Assembly: GCA_964187785.1 (NCBI GenBank)
Contig: OZ076413.1
Span: forward strand, 54,250,001 to 54,314,000
Source of the DNA: Amphiscolops sp. MND2022
Lineage: Eukaryota
Length of the DNA stretch: 64,000 nucleotides
Direction of reading: 5' to 3'
Part shown: one piece after another, positions 24,870 through 38,698 of the stretch
Position numbering within the stretch: the first letter of the stretch is position 1
Layout of the letters: each line of letters starts with the position of its first letter
The notes under the pieces: model-generated
The model's input: only the letters and a program-made list of their open reading frames with translations
Databases searched by the model: none
What the model was told of the DNA's origin: nothing
Translations under genes and position numbers: made by a program

Positions 24870-27800
24870 TTACCAAACTTTTACTACAATTGTAGGAGCC
24901 AAGCACGAATCAAAATTTAGTCGTTGGAAGTAGCATAGTCGGTAGACTCATCCATGACGAAAAGATACCCGATGATCCCACTATTCATGCGATTCGAGGG
25001 TCAACGACGAAAGAAAAATCACAACGCTGGCTGCAAAGATACGCCGACAAAAATCTCAAAACAGTCATAATTCAAGATGGCACAAATTCAATACTGAAGA
25101 AAAAACATACAGAAACGGAAGCGTAATTTGAAAACTTTAACCAGCTCGTGGATGTTGTGCGAACTTAATTCAAGCCTGAAAGTATAGTAATATGTGAGGT
25201 GCCGCCTGACCAAAACAACCCTTACGACAAAAAACGATATGATGAGTTCAAAAAAATACTCGGCGACAATTATAACAGCATGGAAAGCATTCATATACTG
25301 GAGATTATTAAGATGGTCGAATCATTCCAAAAACCTCAGCAACTGTACTTTGATAATTTCCATTTCAACAACTCAAATGGTCTTCCATTCCTTCGAAAAT
25401 GTTTACTATCCCAACTACTGAAAACTTCAACTGCAGTTTGTAACAATCGCTACTATCCAAAGTCAATGACAGTCAACAGCTATCTGAAAAACTGAAACCT
25501 GTCATCTCTACCCTTTGGATACAATTGAGAACCTAATGTCACTGGTCTTTTATGCAAAAGTCCAAATGTGTACGAGCACTTCTATTTTTCAACATAATGA
25601 AAACATTTGCTAAGTTCATCATTTTAAAAAACCTACTGATTTATTTATTATCACAAAAAGAAGTACTTATGCTGGTAAACGAAGACTAACGCAAAAGTGA
25701 TTCCTGACAATGTTTTTTAAATTTTTTTTTCAATACGATACTCTCTCCTAATTGCCTATATCAGTTTTCGCGAATTCTGATAAAAAATGATGAAACCTTT
25801 TCCAATTTATATCCCGATTGCAAGCTTAAATGAAGTGATGATATTGAAACAGACCATTGGCCTCAAGTTAATTTCAAGGCCTTAACAAATTTATTCAGGA
25901 CTAACAGTAAATACCTGAAACGGATCCTCTTGAATGCTCAAACCCTGATTTAAAAAAGGTTGGCGCTTGAAGATATAACGAAAAAGATTGGTACAAAGAC
26001 TAAATTTGGTATTTCGGAAACATGGATTGAAGAACCCGATGATTTAAAACTTTTGCAAAACAATCCAGATAAGTACAAAATATTTCAGGCCGACAGAGCG
26101 AAACCGACCAAAGAATGTGGTGGAGTAGTTATCCTGGTAATTCCTTCCAGTATGAATCCTGAAGTGCGCAAGGATCTAAATTACATGAACAAGAAAAGTT
26201 TTGAAAGTCTCTCGCTCGAATGCAGTCTGAACAATAACTGTTCCAACAAACAGAAACAACTCATAAATGTTGCCTAAAATCCGAACAAATCTTATATCAT
26301 CAATTCCTAGAAAAGTTATCAATTAGCTTAGATCATGCAATTGTTGAAAATAAACCTTTGACAACTATGGGTGATCACAATAATAATTATCTCAACCCAA
26401 GGGAAAAACAAGACTTGGAGACAGTTACTGTTCCTCATGTTCTGATAGTTAGCAATACTGATGAACCTACGAGGATAAAGGGTTCATTAAAATTATTAAT
26501 TGATTACATAACAACAGGTCACAGCACTTTTTTTCGTTTTTTGTTTCCGATACACCTCTTGTAAAATTGGCATTAAACCCATTCACCATCTAGCCACATC
26601 TGTGATTACCAATATTCAAATGATAAAACCAACCAAAGTTTTCAAAAAAACGATACTTGATAAGCAGACGTGTAACAAAGAACTGTTCCAGACTTATGTT
26701 CAAACTTGCGACTGGGAATTATTCTACAGACAGGAATTGTGCAGAAGGCTTGTTCTCAATACTATCAGATTTCATTGCAAAATCTCTAAACAAATCAATT
26801 TTGAAGAAACAGGTCTTCATCCGGAACGATAAAAAAGTAAGTTCACAATACATCAGAACTGAGTTTCAAAAAAGACTAAAGAACTATACAAACAAATACA
26901 CCAAAACATGCACCCTTCCGACGCGAAGTAAAAGGTAACTCAAACCAATGTAATGTATTTGTAACTTTGAATTCAAATCGTAAGAAATATAGAACAAAAC
27001 CTTTTGCTGATTTATCCAAAGACATAGAAAATGGAATTTCACAAACGAAGCCAGAAGTTCATCAAAAACCGAAACAATTTCCTCCCTGAAAAATGTTTTT
27101 GGAGAAACTTTATCAGATCAAACAAAAGTAGCAATTTTTCTAAAGTACAGACTCTCGGAATTGGGTCACTAATTTAGTCGAACAAGAACATCCAGGAAAG
27201 AACCGAATGACCTATTATGCATAAAACCAAGTTCAAGTTTAATTCCGTAACACTTTTTGGGACTAAAGAAATAGCAAAACAATTGAATTCAAACAAACCG
27301 CTCGGACCGTCTAACATTCCTACTTGGGCGCTAGAAGATTGTTTCGATGTCATAGCTGAACCTATTTTCAGCTTACTTATTCAATAAACTCTTTTTTACA
27401 AGAAGGAAGGTTCCCGAATCATCTTAAGAGTCCACATGTTGTACCAAAATACAAAAACGGTGACACCGAAAAATCAAATAGCTATAGACCAATCTCAATC
27501 ACATCTGCGATATCAAAACTTTTTGAAGAGGTAATTCAAAATCAAAATAATGATTATCATTATAAACATCATCAACTAAGTCTCATCCAGTTTGCATTTG
27601 GTGCAAATTTCTCAAAAACTGATGCCCTTTTGTATAAGCCACTGAAACTATCAGATCAGACATCAACAACAATAAAATGGTAGCGGCTGCCTTCCGCGAT
27701 CTATCAAACGCTTTCGATTAAATTTCCCATGAACTGTTTTTGTAAAAACTGAAAAATTATCATTCTGATTGTACTGCAAATGCCCTAATCAAAAGCTATT

Positions 27801-28872
27801 TACCCAACTGAACACAAAAAGTAATTAAAACCAAATTCATTGTCTTCTGCAAACATTCCCGGAACAACTTAACGAAAAATGTCCAATTACAAGTGAAAAA
27901 TCACTCTACAAATCATAGACCTTCTGTGAAATATCTTGGACCAAATATCTTGGAGTTTACTTGGACCAAAATCTAACCTACAAACCGGAAATAAAACACG
28001 TTTTAAGGAAAATGGCCTATGGTATTAAATCAATCTATGCAGTGAATTCATTCCCGCGGGAAAAACGTGTATATTACTTCTGAATGCTCTAGTTTTTAGT
28101 CATTTTCATTATCCAGCAATATTGCTGCAAGACCGTTCGGAAAATTTCTTAACAGCACTTGAGAAACAATTGAGTTGTGGTGTAAAAGCATGTTTCAATC
28201 GTCAGAAATTGGACACATCTAGTGATTTGAAAATTAAACACATTCAAAAATTCCAATGCGGCTTTTTCTCAAATTGTAAGGCTTTTTTTTAAAATGTCAT
28301 AAATCATGTCTTTATTTCTGCGAATTTCAAAATAACCTTCAGTGGTACTAACACAATACCAACAGCTAAGATGAAGTATCACACTCGAACCAAGAAACTT
28401 GTATGCAATACAAGAACTTCTACTGATGTCATGAGAAAAAGCTTCTTTATAAGGATTCTACCCCTGTGGAACAGCTTATCATCATGTTTGGTCAAAAAAA
28501 GTTTTCCTCTGAAACAACTAAAAGCAAATATAAAGCTTTTTTCCTAAATAAAATAGCGAACGAAATGAAACAACCGGAACATAGGAAAAATGCTGGAGAG
28601 ATTACCGCTTTAATTAATTTTGTAATTGATGCATGAAGTTTGTTTATTATTAATCAAATTGCCTTTTTTAAGAAACAAAGTAATGTGACTTTTAATTACG
28701 GAATTCAATGTTTTTTCAAAAAGCACTAGAATAAGATCCAAAACTGTCAGACTATAGTTTTATTTGAGAAATTTAGAAATTTAGCCATATTCATTGTGAC
28801 CAATCATGCTTGAGAATGTGTTTTAGAAATTCATCAGTTTTCTTGAACCACTCGATTGAAAAGAAAAGAAAA
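24870..28872 (+). mobile_element. CR1-type non-LTR retrotransposon (degraded) in intron 2 of gene 2
   Basis: SGNH ORF1; APE motifs LLNAQTL, FGISETW, MGDHN; RT motifs KPLGPSNIP, YRPISITSAISKLFE, DLSNAFD; A-rich tail aaaagaaaagaaaa at ~28859-28872. Confidence 0.88.
24910..25495 (+). pseudogene. LINE ORF1 with SGNH/GDSL esterase domain
   Basis: LVVGSSIVGRL (block I), IIQDGTNS (block III), LYFDNFHF (DxxH block V); frameshifted. Confidence 0.7.
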
Positions 28873-29108
28873 TCCGAATCATCGGTGTCTTCAAAGCGAT
28901 CTCCGGCTAGGACAGTTTGCATTCAAAAATTATAAGATGCCTCATAAATTACGAAGTAGAAATTTATGAAAATGAGAGGTTGATGCAATATGCTTCCAAT
29001 TAAGATTCAATATGCTTCCTGATATAAAATATTATTCGTAAAAAATTCCAGAGCGCCAGTGATTCAATGTGTCAACAAGACCCACTGAGGAGGAAGCGAT
29101 GGACTAAC

Positions 29109-29258
29109 TCTGATAGAGGGCAGCCCAGAAGACAGCCAGAGACAGGGCTACACAGTCTGTCTTTACGCCGAGCAGCTGAAACGAGACGAGGAAGATGGCC
29201 AGACAGCCGAACACCATGGACCCAATGTACGCTGCACTGCCTGATATCAACTCGGGGT
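29109..29258 (-). CDS. Claudin/PMP22-like gene 2, exon 2 (150 bp)
   Basis: atttcag| ... |gttagt; DPELISGSAAYIGSMVFGCLAIFLVSFQLLG; same length and phase as 41072-41221. Confidence 0.85.
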
Positions 29259-29539
29259 CTGAAATCAAATGATTCAAAACAATAAAAATATCAAATTTAT
29301 CTGTCGAAACAGTCAAATATATGAAAACGGTCAAATATATTAAAAGCTATCCTCATGGTTTCTTCAAATATTGAAAAGACCACATTCGTTGTGACGTTTT
29401 TAGAAACTCATTTTTAGAGTTTTTTTTCCGAAACTAGAAATTGACCGCGTGGGTATGATGTGTGTATGAGAAAACTCAAAATTTGCATCAAAATTTACCA
29501 AGATGCTATTCAAGGCTGGAAGGTCATTTGAACTTTAAC

Positions 29540-29786
29540 CTCTGAAGGGCAAAGGCGCTGACACTCCGGGTTCAGTGAAGTACCTCCACATGCCCATGCT
29601 TAAGAGTCTGCCGTCACTCACGAGTGCAATGTCTTTGTAGGTGTACGAGGCACGAGTGAAGAAGTCACCCTCGTTGTCAATACCCTCGATCCAGGTACCT
29701 CCCCCCAAAGCCAGACACGCGAAGATCAGGGCCGATAGAGTGCATAGCACTACCCCGAGAGATGTAAATGTGGAAACCGCGGACAT
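29540..29786 (-). CDS. Claudin/PMP22-like gene 2, exon 1 (247 bp)
   Basis: TM1 then TW...SMGMWRYF; phase-1 GT donor; same length as 42115-42361. Confidence 0.85.
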
Positions 29787-31164
29787 TTTATATAAAATTT
29801 TCTATTTTAGAGTTTAACTTGTTGTAAATGTAAATTGTATTTATTACATTATAGTTCAAATAGCATTTGTGAACTGTAAAGTATAGATCAAGTTTTTTGA
29901 ATTGCATATACTTGGAACAGTTTCAAATTTGGTGTGAGTTTGAGCTGACATGAGGTCGCATGAAAAACCGCATGCCAGAAAAGCAAATAGTGCTGTTTGT
30001 CCTGGAACAAGCCGTTGCCAGAAATCTTTTCAACTGTTACACTTCCTCCAGTAAGGATTCGAAATGATTATTGCACCATGCTATGACAATGCGAGGATAG
30101 CTACTAGCTATGTGGTGAGGCTGGTATTTTAAAAATAAGACGCCCACTGAGCACTGAGATGTTTTCCGCCCTGAATTACTTTAGCAAAGACATATTTTGC
30201 AAAAAAAACCTTCGAGCGTAACCAATACATGTATGCTAACGTTAACCCTCAACTTTCGCAAAAACTCAAACTCAAAAATTGAAAAATTATTTTTTGCATA
30301 ACAGGTTTTTGTTTGTCTCTTGAATCTTGTGTTTCACAGTTCTGTTGCAACTCATTATCACAAAAAATTAAAATGTGCAAATACTGCGAATAAACAATCA
30401 AAAATTGAAAACTTTTAGTTCCTCTTAGACATATTTTCCAGAAAAAACTATGTTTCTACACAAAAGTACGCTATGCAACTAAATGTTCCATTTTACAACT
30501 TTTTGAATCTTAGTACCCACGGAAACAACCAAAAATTGAACAAAAATTGCAAGAAACGTCCGAAAATGTTAATTTCATCTCATTTATAACGATAGCTACA
30601 CTGCATGTAGAATATGCTAAGTAGCCACTTGCTTTGTTGTCGAATTAAATTGTTAAATTATGAAGCAAGACGTTTTTGGCCTTCCTGAGGCCTTAGGTTA
30701 ATAGCGGAGCTCCGAAAAACTTCTTTGGTAATTTCGATAAGATGAAAAAAGCCCATGTAACTTCACTACAGTGGTTGATCAAAAAGGAAATCACAGCAGC
30801 AGTTTTCATGATGAACTCGAACTCAACAATTCAATATAAAACGTATGTTGAACACACATAGTAACTATACACCAAAATTTATGGTTTTTGTAAGTAGTCA
30901 GGAGTTATTTTCGACAAAACATCAGGAGAAATGTCTTGTAAAACTAAAGAGATAATTCTTTACGTGCTTCTACGAGTTTTGTTTCATTTCTCAATATCGT
31001 AAAAGGGTAAAATTTTTATTCAGCGTTTTATGAAGTAAAATGCAACTTATATAGTGGCTTTTCGTCGTATTTTTCCAATCCGGCAACGTGACCATAAAAT
31101 TCTACAAAATTTCCACCAACGCTCAAATTGATTCGAACGGGCTACAATTAGTACTTTTACATAG

Positions 31165-31544
31165 AAGAAGAAAGTTTATTTCCCCAATTCCGCGGGGTGG
31201 ACGCCGAATAAGCAGTTCTGTTTTTCTAAGTCGGCGCCCCTTCGGATACGATCTCCCCATAGCAAGCTATGGTACCATATTTGCAGCCAAGTGGTCAAGC
31301 AATGGTGGACTTGAAGCTGTGGTTTCAGAGTGATTTGCTCAAGGTCACAAAGGTCTGACTGCTCACCGTTGCTCTTTTTATTTTGCTTTTCTCCGCCAAA
31401 TGCGTTATTTTTTGTCACTGACCATACCACTAAGCTAGGGATGAAAGACTTGCTCAAGGCCCAACAATGGTGAGCTGGGAGAGATTCGAACCTGATACCG
31501 CCCCAGTACAGGCCGAATGCTCTAACCACTACGCCATGCTCCCC
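31165..31544 (-). mobile_element. tRNA-derived SINE (best-preserved copy)
   Basis: A box TGGCGTAGTGG, B box GGTTCGAATCT, non-tRNA body and (TTC)-like tail; 3' fragments also at ~24508-24550 and ~45336-45392. Confidence 0.85.
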
Positions 31545-34476
31545 TTACTTAGGGAAATACTACATACCTAGAGAAAAAGTCATAGAAGGGTGGCTTTCTC
31601 AAATTTTTATGCGAATAAAAGCAAAAAAGGCCTTTTGAGCCCCAAGGGTCCTGTGAGCCCTTTCAAACCCATGGGCTTCTTTGGTTTTGTGAGAAAAAAA
31701 GTTTTCAAAACTGAATCCTTGAGGCTTTGAAGTATTTTACTCCTTTTGAGCGTTAACTTCTTTTGAGTTCCCGACTTGTCTCTCTCGCGTTCTCTGAGCA
31801 ACCAAAATAGCATGAAATATCTTCTTGCTAGGTTGTTGTCCTTCCTAGACTTTTTTGCTCTTCACTTGATGAAAGTAACTGTTGTAATTTGTGAATTGAA
31901 AAGCGGTTTCATATTCACAGCAAAATGCGTTAATTTTTTATTCATCGAGCAACTTTTCAACTCACACCAGTTCAGCCAATTTAGTCTTTTTTTGACTTCT
32001 ATTAGTGATATTTAGCATGCATTATCTCGCAAACTGCTGATCATAAGAGAAAGTGTCGCAAAAAAAACTTGAGCGTCAACTTGTGATGTTCCTGTCTTGA
32101 TCATTCAAACTGCTACCCGAGTGCTCTATGATAAACTAGGGTACCAAATAACCTAAGACACTCAATTTCGCTGACAAAAACGTTCAAACCAGGAGCTAAA
32201 TTTTTTAAAGTTTCAGGGATATTTTCTGTTCTGAAACGGAACCAAAGTTATAACACTTAGTTTCTGAAATTCATCAAATGTAAGATCTTGGAAACCGCTG
32301 TCCGTAACAAAAAAGGCTACATCAAGCTTTGTACCTAATTCAAATCTCTAACTTTTGATTTTAGAACGTTCTTCAGAAAACGCTTTCCTTGAGAATTTAT
32401 ACTGTAAGTTGATCACACAACGCGAACTCTTGTATTTTCACTCCGGAAGAAACTTGTTTCGACGAAATTACAATTCTTTTTGCCTTTTTCTTTTTCCAGA
32501 GTCCATATTCACAAAAATGTTAAATTTAAAAGTTAGGAATGGTGTAAGGACTACGAAATTGATATACCATTGACCTTGAAAAGTGATATAACATCCAAAG
32601 GAGCACATGCTAGAGATGAGTGTCACGACCCGCTCTCGGTCGTAATTTCACCTGTTGCAGTAGCATCCCAGGATTTGGTAGAGGCCGGGACAAGGCCGAG
32701 GTAACTATCATTGAACTTAGAAACTTTGATAAACTAACCTAAGCTCTCTTTGCAGTACAACTGAATTAATTGCAAGTAATTCCACAAATGCGAAAATCCA
32801 ACGTAAGCGTTACGGAATATTTTTCAGAAATGATTCTAGACTAGCTAAAACTTCCGGTCAAATATTTTCACGCGTAATGCTACTCTCATTTCCGGTATTG
32901 TCTTCTGAATTTAGCCATACTAATCTAAACATTAAGACAGAAACATTCTCTAATCGGGATCATTTTTCTTCTGTTCCACACTAAAATGAAAACATCAAAG
33001 ATAATATTCAACTCCGAGATCCCAACGGAGTACATACGATCTAAAATGAAAGAACACACAGACAGAATAGTGGAAGTGTTGTCCGCCGGTTAAATGGTTG
33101 TCAATATTCACTTAAGAATGCAATAAAACAACTTAAGAGAATGTTTACAACTCCTTGACTGCGTCACTCAACTAAGCTGGTAATAGGTGTTTCTATTTTT
33201 ACGGACCAATAGCGTCGCTCCTTTAGTTGGATTATTTGAGCTCGAGCTAGTAGAAACCATGCTTGGTTGCCCCTAGCAACGCCAATTAGCTGAAAGAAAC
33301 AATGAATTCGCCTACGCTCTTCGCTTTAACTCCGTCAGCCACCGCTGCTTGGCTATAGCTAATCTTAATACGTACGGAACAGCTACAGAACGGATTGTAA
33401 AATTGTATTCCGCCTGTCAGCTATAGTTAATCTCAATACGTACGGAGCAGCTACGGAGCAATTCGTAAAATAGTAGCGATGAAGCATTAGTTTACACGGA
33501 AATCAAATAAGGTTTTTTCTGAATCGACGCACTTAAAGGATTCTGGAAATCCGTCCTTATGTAAAAGGTTGTACCGTAAAGAGAAGTTAAAACTATGATT
33601 GAAGGGTAACGATGCATTGCTATTACAATAATCTCCTAAATCACGTTTATCTTACGTTACCTTGAGAGTTTTTATGTATTCAGTAATTAGTGGCTTATCG
33701 CTAAAATATTTTACAGAACGTAACGTAAGGTTAACGTCAAATCCAAACCAAGCGCTATTCTTGCAGGATAACTGTTTTATTTATCTATATACGATGTTCA
33801 TTCGGGTGCAAAGTAATTGTTTTCTGCAGGTGTATTTTTCCTACCTAATTGTACTTTCTAGTTTGTACTTGTTACGTTGTGGCCATGTATAGGTCAAGTT
33901 TGAGTTTACTGGAGATGCAGTTGTTCAGTTTACACAAATTGAATGTTGGTCATCATTATATTTTTCTTAGCATTGCTTGTTCCTTAATAATATCCAAATA
34001 TCCGCGTTCTCAATTTCCCTTTGCTCCGTTTCAGTTCCGCTACAATTTTTGCGAGTCATTCTTTTGCTTCGAATCTCAACTTTCTTGAGTTAGGAATTGA
34101 CTAATCGATCACGCAGGCGTGCCTACGCCGTTGAAAATTTAGGTTAGACTTTCATTTTGCCGCAATTTTAAGGCTTAAACAGGAAATGGATCGCCTGAAC
34201 ATAAAAGATTTCAACGGAGTTTTACGGAATACTGACGCAACTAGGAATTTTGATACCTGATTTCATGATGCGGGAGTGAAATAATTTGAATCATTAGCGC
34301 TTTTTTATGAACAAACCCGATTTTTGCAATACCTAGGAATTTTTAGGTGAGGAACAAATGATGCTAAGAAGGAATAAATACTTAGACAAGACATGTAAAT
34401 TTAGTTAGTTAACTTTGTAAGTTGTAATAAACTCGTAAATAAACTTGAGATAAAAACGTCTCTAAGGAAAGAAATC

Positions 34477-34866
34477 ATGTCTGATGATCTAACTAAAATA
34501 CTTCCTGAAAATCAAAAGGAAATGCCTAAACTGATAGCACCTTTAAACAAGAAACAAACTGTCCACGTGAATGTTCAAGACTCTGACTCTGAACCTGAGA
34601 AAGTCTCCGTAACAAGGACGTCTACCCCCGTAAAAACCAACACTGCGACTGTTCCTAAAACAACTCCGGCAAATAGTCGTAACAATGAGACAATGCTCAG
34701 GTTGCCTGGAAATGAGACCACCCTAGTTTTTCTCTCAAAAACGGTCGCCTGGGGACTTTTCTTGCGTCAAGGGGTGTCACAGACTACCGCCTGCGACGGT
34801 ATTTTCTATCAAATACCAGCAGGAGATAACGCTCTTATTCCTGCACCTGGTGTACTGCCTATATGA
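34477..34866 (+). CDS. 3' ORF of LTR family B (129 aa) reading into the LTR
   Basis: Open frame ending LRQGVSQTTACDG...APGVLPI*, paralleling AVAQAAACDG...APGTLPTY* in element A. Confidence 0.55.
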   Translation: MSDDLTKILPENQKEMPKLIAPLNKKQTVHVNVQDSDSEPEKVSVTRTSTPVKTNTATVPKTTPANSRNNETMLRLPGNETTLVFLSKTVAWGLFLRQGVSQTTACDGIFYQIPAGDNALIPAPGVLPI

Positions 34867-36536
34867 TGCATTGAGACTTTGAGGACAGCTGGCTAGAGAT
34901 TATACAACCTACCAGTGAGCTACTACGAAGTTCGAGCACAGGAGACCTTAAGTCAACTTGCCTACATAAAACTTTCACGCTTAGTTTATTAGTTACATGT
35001 ACTATAGATTATTTTTAATACGATTTAAATCAGTTGCTATTAGTGTTTGTAATAACTGTTTGCAATTAGAAGGTTACTGTGATAATGTAATGTTAATCAA
35101 TATGATGCAATTGGAATGTGTTAATGCAGTTTCAAATTGTTTGATTTAAAATGTACAAGTAAGCACAATACAGGAAACGGATTCAAATGATCGTTTCCTG
35201 TAGCTAGCTGTACACGCAATCCAACATAATAACGACCAATCATAGTGCAGTGTTGACATACATTTACTGTAGCCGCGCGGACCGTGAGTTCGTCATGGTG
35301 CTATTTACTTCCAATCCAATAAATACATATACTGTACTGTAGACGAGTGGACTGATGGTCCGCCGTGGAGATATTAGCTCAAATAAGAGCCTGTTCACGA
35401 AATGATGTAGATATTTAGACTTAGAATCCGTTGCAGTGTTACTAGCATATAATATAGTATTATACTTGAATGACATGAATATTTGAAAAAGCATGTATTT
35501 ACATGGATATTCATATCCATATTCATTTTTCAACTCAATTCAAACCTCAAGGCTATGCCGCCTTGCCCCCCCTCCCCAAAGTTGCTTTGAGGCTATTTTA
35601 GTCCACAACAATTCAGTGACGTAATTTTGATGTCATTTGTCAGATCTATTTTAAGCTCAAGAACACTCATTTATAGTAACATGACACCCTATATTTGACC
35701 AGTCATGCAACGCAAAGTATTTATGCTAGGGACGTCAGGGCTCGGGGATCATTCTTTTGATAACCTGAATACCAGCAAACATTCCACATACTGCGAATTC
35801 ACACGAATTGTTCATTCTTTCGCTCATTTAAAAGTTTGTAGGAACACCTGTTAGATATCACAATTCACTGTTGAAACAATTGATTCTTCAATGCCTTCAA
35901 CTAAAAAGCAAAGGGCAAAGGAACGCCGATCTAGACAAATGGACTTGATGTCTGATGTGGAGAATGTAGATATTATGTTAGGAAGTTACTCTAGAGTTGA
36001 CGAAGAAAACAATGGTAGTGAAAATGAAGCGAATTTAGACTCAGGGTCAAGTCGACCACAGCAAAATTCAAATGTGATAGGAGAAGACTTCAGATCATTA
36101 CTCAATACTAACAGTAGAGAAAATAGTGAAATTACTATTGAGACTACTAGGATAATTAGCGAAGAAATTTCCAATCAAATGTCAAGAAAACTGAACGAAA
36201 TCAATCAAATCTAGTTTGAATTTCCAAATACAAGACGCAATCAGCAATGCGATTACCGAAAAATACTTCCTTCTATCCAAAATACGTTAGAGGCACAGGG
36301 GAGAGGAAATTACACCATGGTGGACCAAGGGTCCAACGGGCTACAAGATAGCACGAGAGCAGCTAATTTCACCATGGGGGACCGAAGGTCCAGTGGCCTA
36401 CAACGGAACCCCGAAGTAGAAAATGCCCAGAAAACTTGGGGAAATCGTTCTAGAAAATGTTTTATGCAGGAAAACAATAGACAAGTTTGTCGCCAGAGTT
36501 CAGTAGACTCTGTTGGTAGCGAACAAAATCGCGACA
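34775..36536 (+). mobile_element. LTR of Gypsy family B (3'-type, no PBS)
   Basis: Starts TGTCACAG after aagggg, ends CGCGACA; contains MPSTKKQRAKERRSRQMDLMSDVEN ORF (35891-36214 plus frameshifted continuation) homologous to the LTR-A ORF. Confidence 0.7.
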
Positions 36537-38137
36537 AGGAGACTCCTCATTTAAGAGCTCCATGGCGACATGCTGGCACACTCAAAGTCCAGACACGTCC
36601 CACAAGCACGTAAAAACCTCTTCCCAGGTACCCAGACTTTCTCCATACGATAGAGATCCAAAAGTGGCAATTGGTTGAAGTCCATTTTATTGGCTAAATA
36701 TGCTCTAAAAAGCAGGATCTGCCAGATTATACATTTCCAAACTTCTGAAAAATAGCACAAATATACAGAGTTCTATCGGCAAAACGTTAAATCAAGGCCT
36801 CAACGAGCCCTTGATTTTCAGAACAGTCCATTAAGGCTATGGAGTATGCCAAAGTTCGTATCCAGTTGTGTCCGCCTTTTTAGGGTCAGATCTCTGGTTT
36901 GGGGTTGCCAAATATGTTTTTAGAAAGTTTTTGTTGTTCACGAGTATATCTCTCTGTTCTCTTGTCTGGTGGGAGGGTTGTTGGTGTTCTTTTTTCGTCT
37001 TCTTGGCTGGTTTGGCGAACCTGCCAAATCGGCTATTCTTATGTGTCCTACTCTTCGAATTTTTGTCAACTTTGGCAGATGTTCTGTCATGAAACTGCGA
37101 TTATTTGTACAACCCTTTCAAAAACTATTCCAAAAATTGCAAAAAATCATCTAATTTTAAAAGTTCTGCTTGAAAAAGCGTGCTTGGTTGCTAATTGCGT
37201 CGTCGCTAGCTCCTTTTCCAACCCTCATTGGAAACATGAAGTTTTTCTCAATGAGAATTCTACATTCAGAGTCAGATAGTAACACAAAACTAAGTTAATA
37301 TCAAAGTTTAATTTTCATTTTCACAGCCACTGTTCTGCTTTCCCTGGCTGAAAATGAATGCATTCCTCGGTAAGATCTTGAAAATTCTTCTGTAAAGATC
37401 TTGCAAAGAAAAGATCTCTCAAAAGTTTCACACACTCCTTGAAAAACATCACAAGGATGTTAGATTCATGATATTCGTTTTCAACTAATGTTGATTCAAC
37501 GGAGATGAACCGAACAAAAACTTGAGCACGTGAGTTTCAAAAGCCGAACTTGGAATAGAATTTTTCAACTGTTTCGAGATACATCCCATAGTTTCTCATA
37601 TAATGATGTAAAGAACAGTTTCGGATCACTGAGCAAAAGACCTCTATTTCTCTCACTTTACCCGCAATAATAGCATCTTGACATAACAATTTGACAGACA
37701 CTGAATGTTTGAATTGCGCAACAACATCACTATCAAATATATCATTTATAAATTTCAAATCAAAACATTGACAATTAAATTTATTTTAAATTACATCTAC
37801 AGGTGGCAGAATATAAAAAGGTCTCATAACAACAAAATTCTATGAGAAGGGAAGTGAAGGATTTTGTAAAACAGACAAAGCAAGTTGGAAAATTTTTACA
37901 AAAACATGCATCTTATCAAAGAGCGAAAAAAGTAAATCGATTTTTTCATTATGCTGACTGATATGAATCTCTATAGTTTGTAGACTATAGCGCAAAGGGA
38001 AAATAAATCTTGGGTCTGAAATTCAACATAGTTCGTAGAAACACTTAAAATGAAATTTCGGGATGAAATCGGAACAAAAACTGACGTTTTTGCCGTCTTT
38101 CCATTTTTTACCCATAATTGCGACATTTTTAGAAGAG

Positions 38138-38372
38138 TTAAGCAGGGTAATCATTGGAGGGAACGTAGTTTTTAGGTGGCTGGGGTCTCATTTCGCGCAT
38201 CTCTCTCAGGTCGTAGTCGCTGTAGCGGCTGAACTCCTGTTTGTGCTGGGGAGGGGGGTAGTACCCGCCAGTGCCCCCACCTTGATGGTGCAACGTGGAG
38301 GGGCCCGAGGGTGGGGGTGCAATTCCGGACAGACTTCGGGGTGAGTAGGGTCTCCCATTCTGGTACCTGCCA
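38138..38372 (-). CDS. Claudin/PMP22-like gene 1, exon 4 (cytoplasmic tail)
   Basis: ccatttcag| acceptor; with a phase-2 join reads SGRYQNGRPYSPRS...YYPPPQ...NDYPA*; total CDS 831 nt = 276 aa. Confidence 0.7.
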
Positions 38373-38470
38373 CTGAAATGGGCAATTTTTCAGACGTCTG
38401 GTTTTCACCATTTTCATCAATTTTTGGAACAGTTTTGAAATAGAAGGAATATATAATTCTTATTGTTTTC

Positions 38471-38524
38471 TTTGATCATGGATCTTCATTTGATCATGGA
38501 TCTTCATTTAATCATGGATCTTGT
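38471..38524. repeat. 18-bp tandem repeat x3
   Basis: tttgatcatggatcttca x2 plus a variant copy. Confidence 0.85.
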
Positions 38525-38698
38525 TCACGTCTTTGACAGTTAAAAAATAGCCAATCTAATGTAACTGGTCTCGTTTCGAGTGGTTACCGTGCTAGACATC
38601 TACCAATGAACATAATTGAATAATTGAAATTTTATTGTTTAATACTACTTGATCATTTTCAGTTTCGGGGGGGGGGGGTTCTTAGTACCCTGGCATAC

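Noticed and set aside
31470-31544. tRNA gene
   Set aside because: Cloverleaf imperfect and continuous with a ~300-bp body present in other copies, so it is a SINE head
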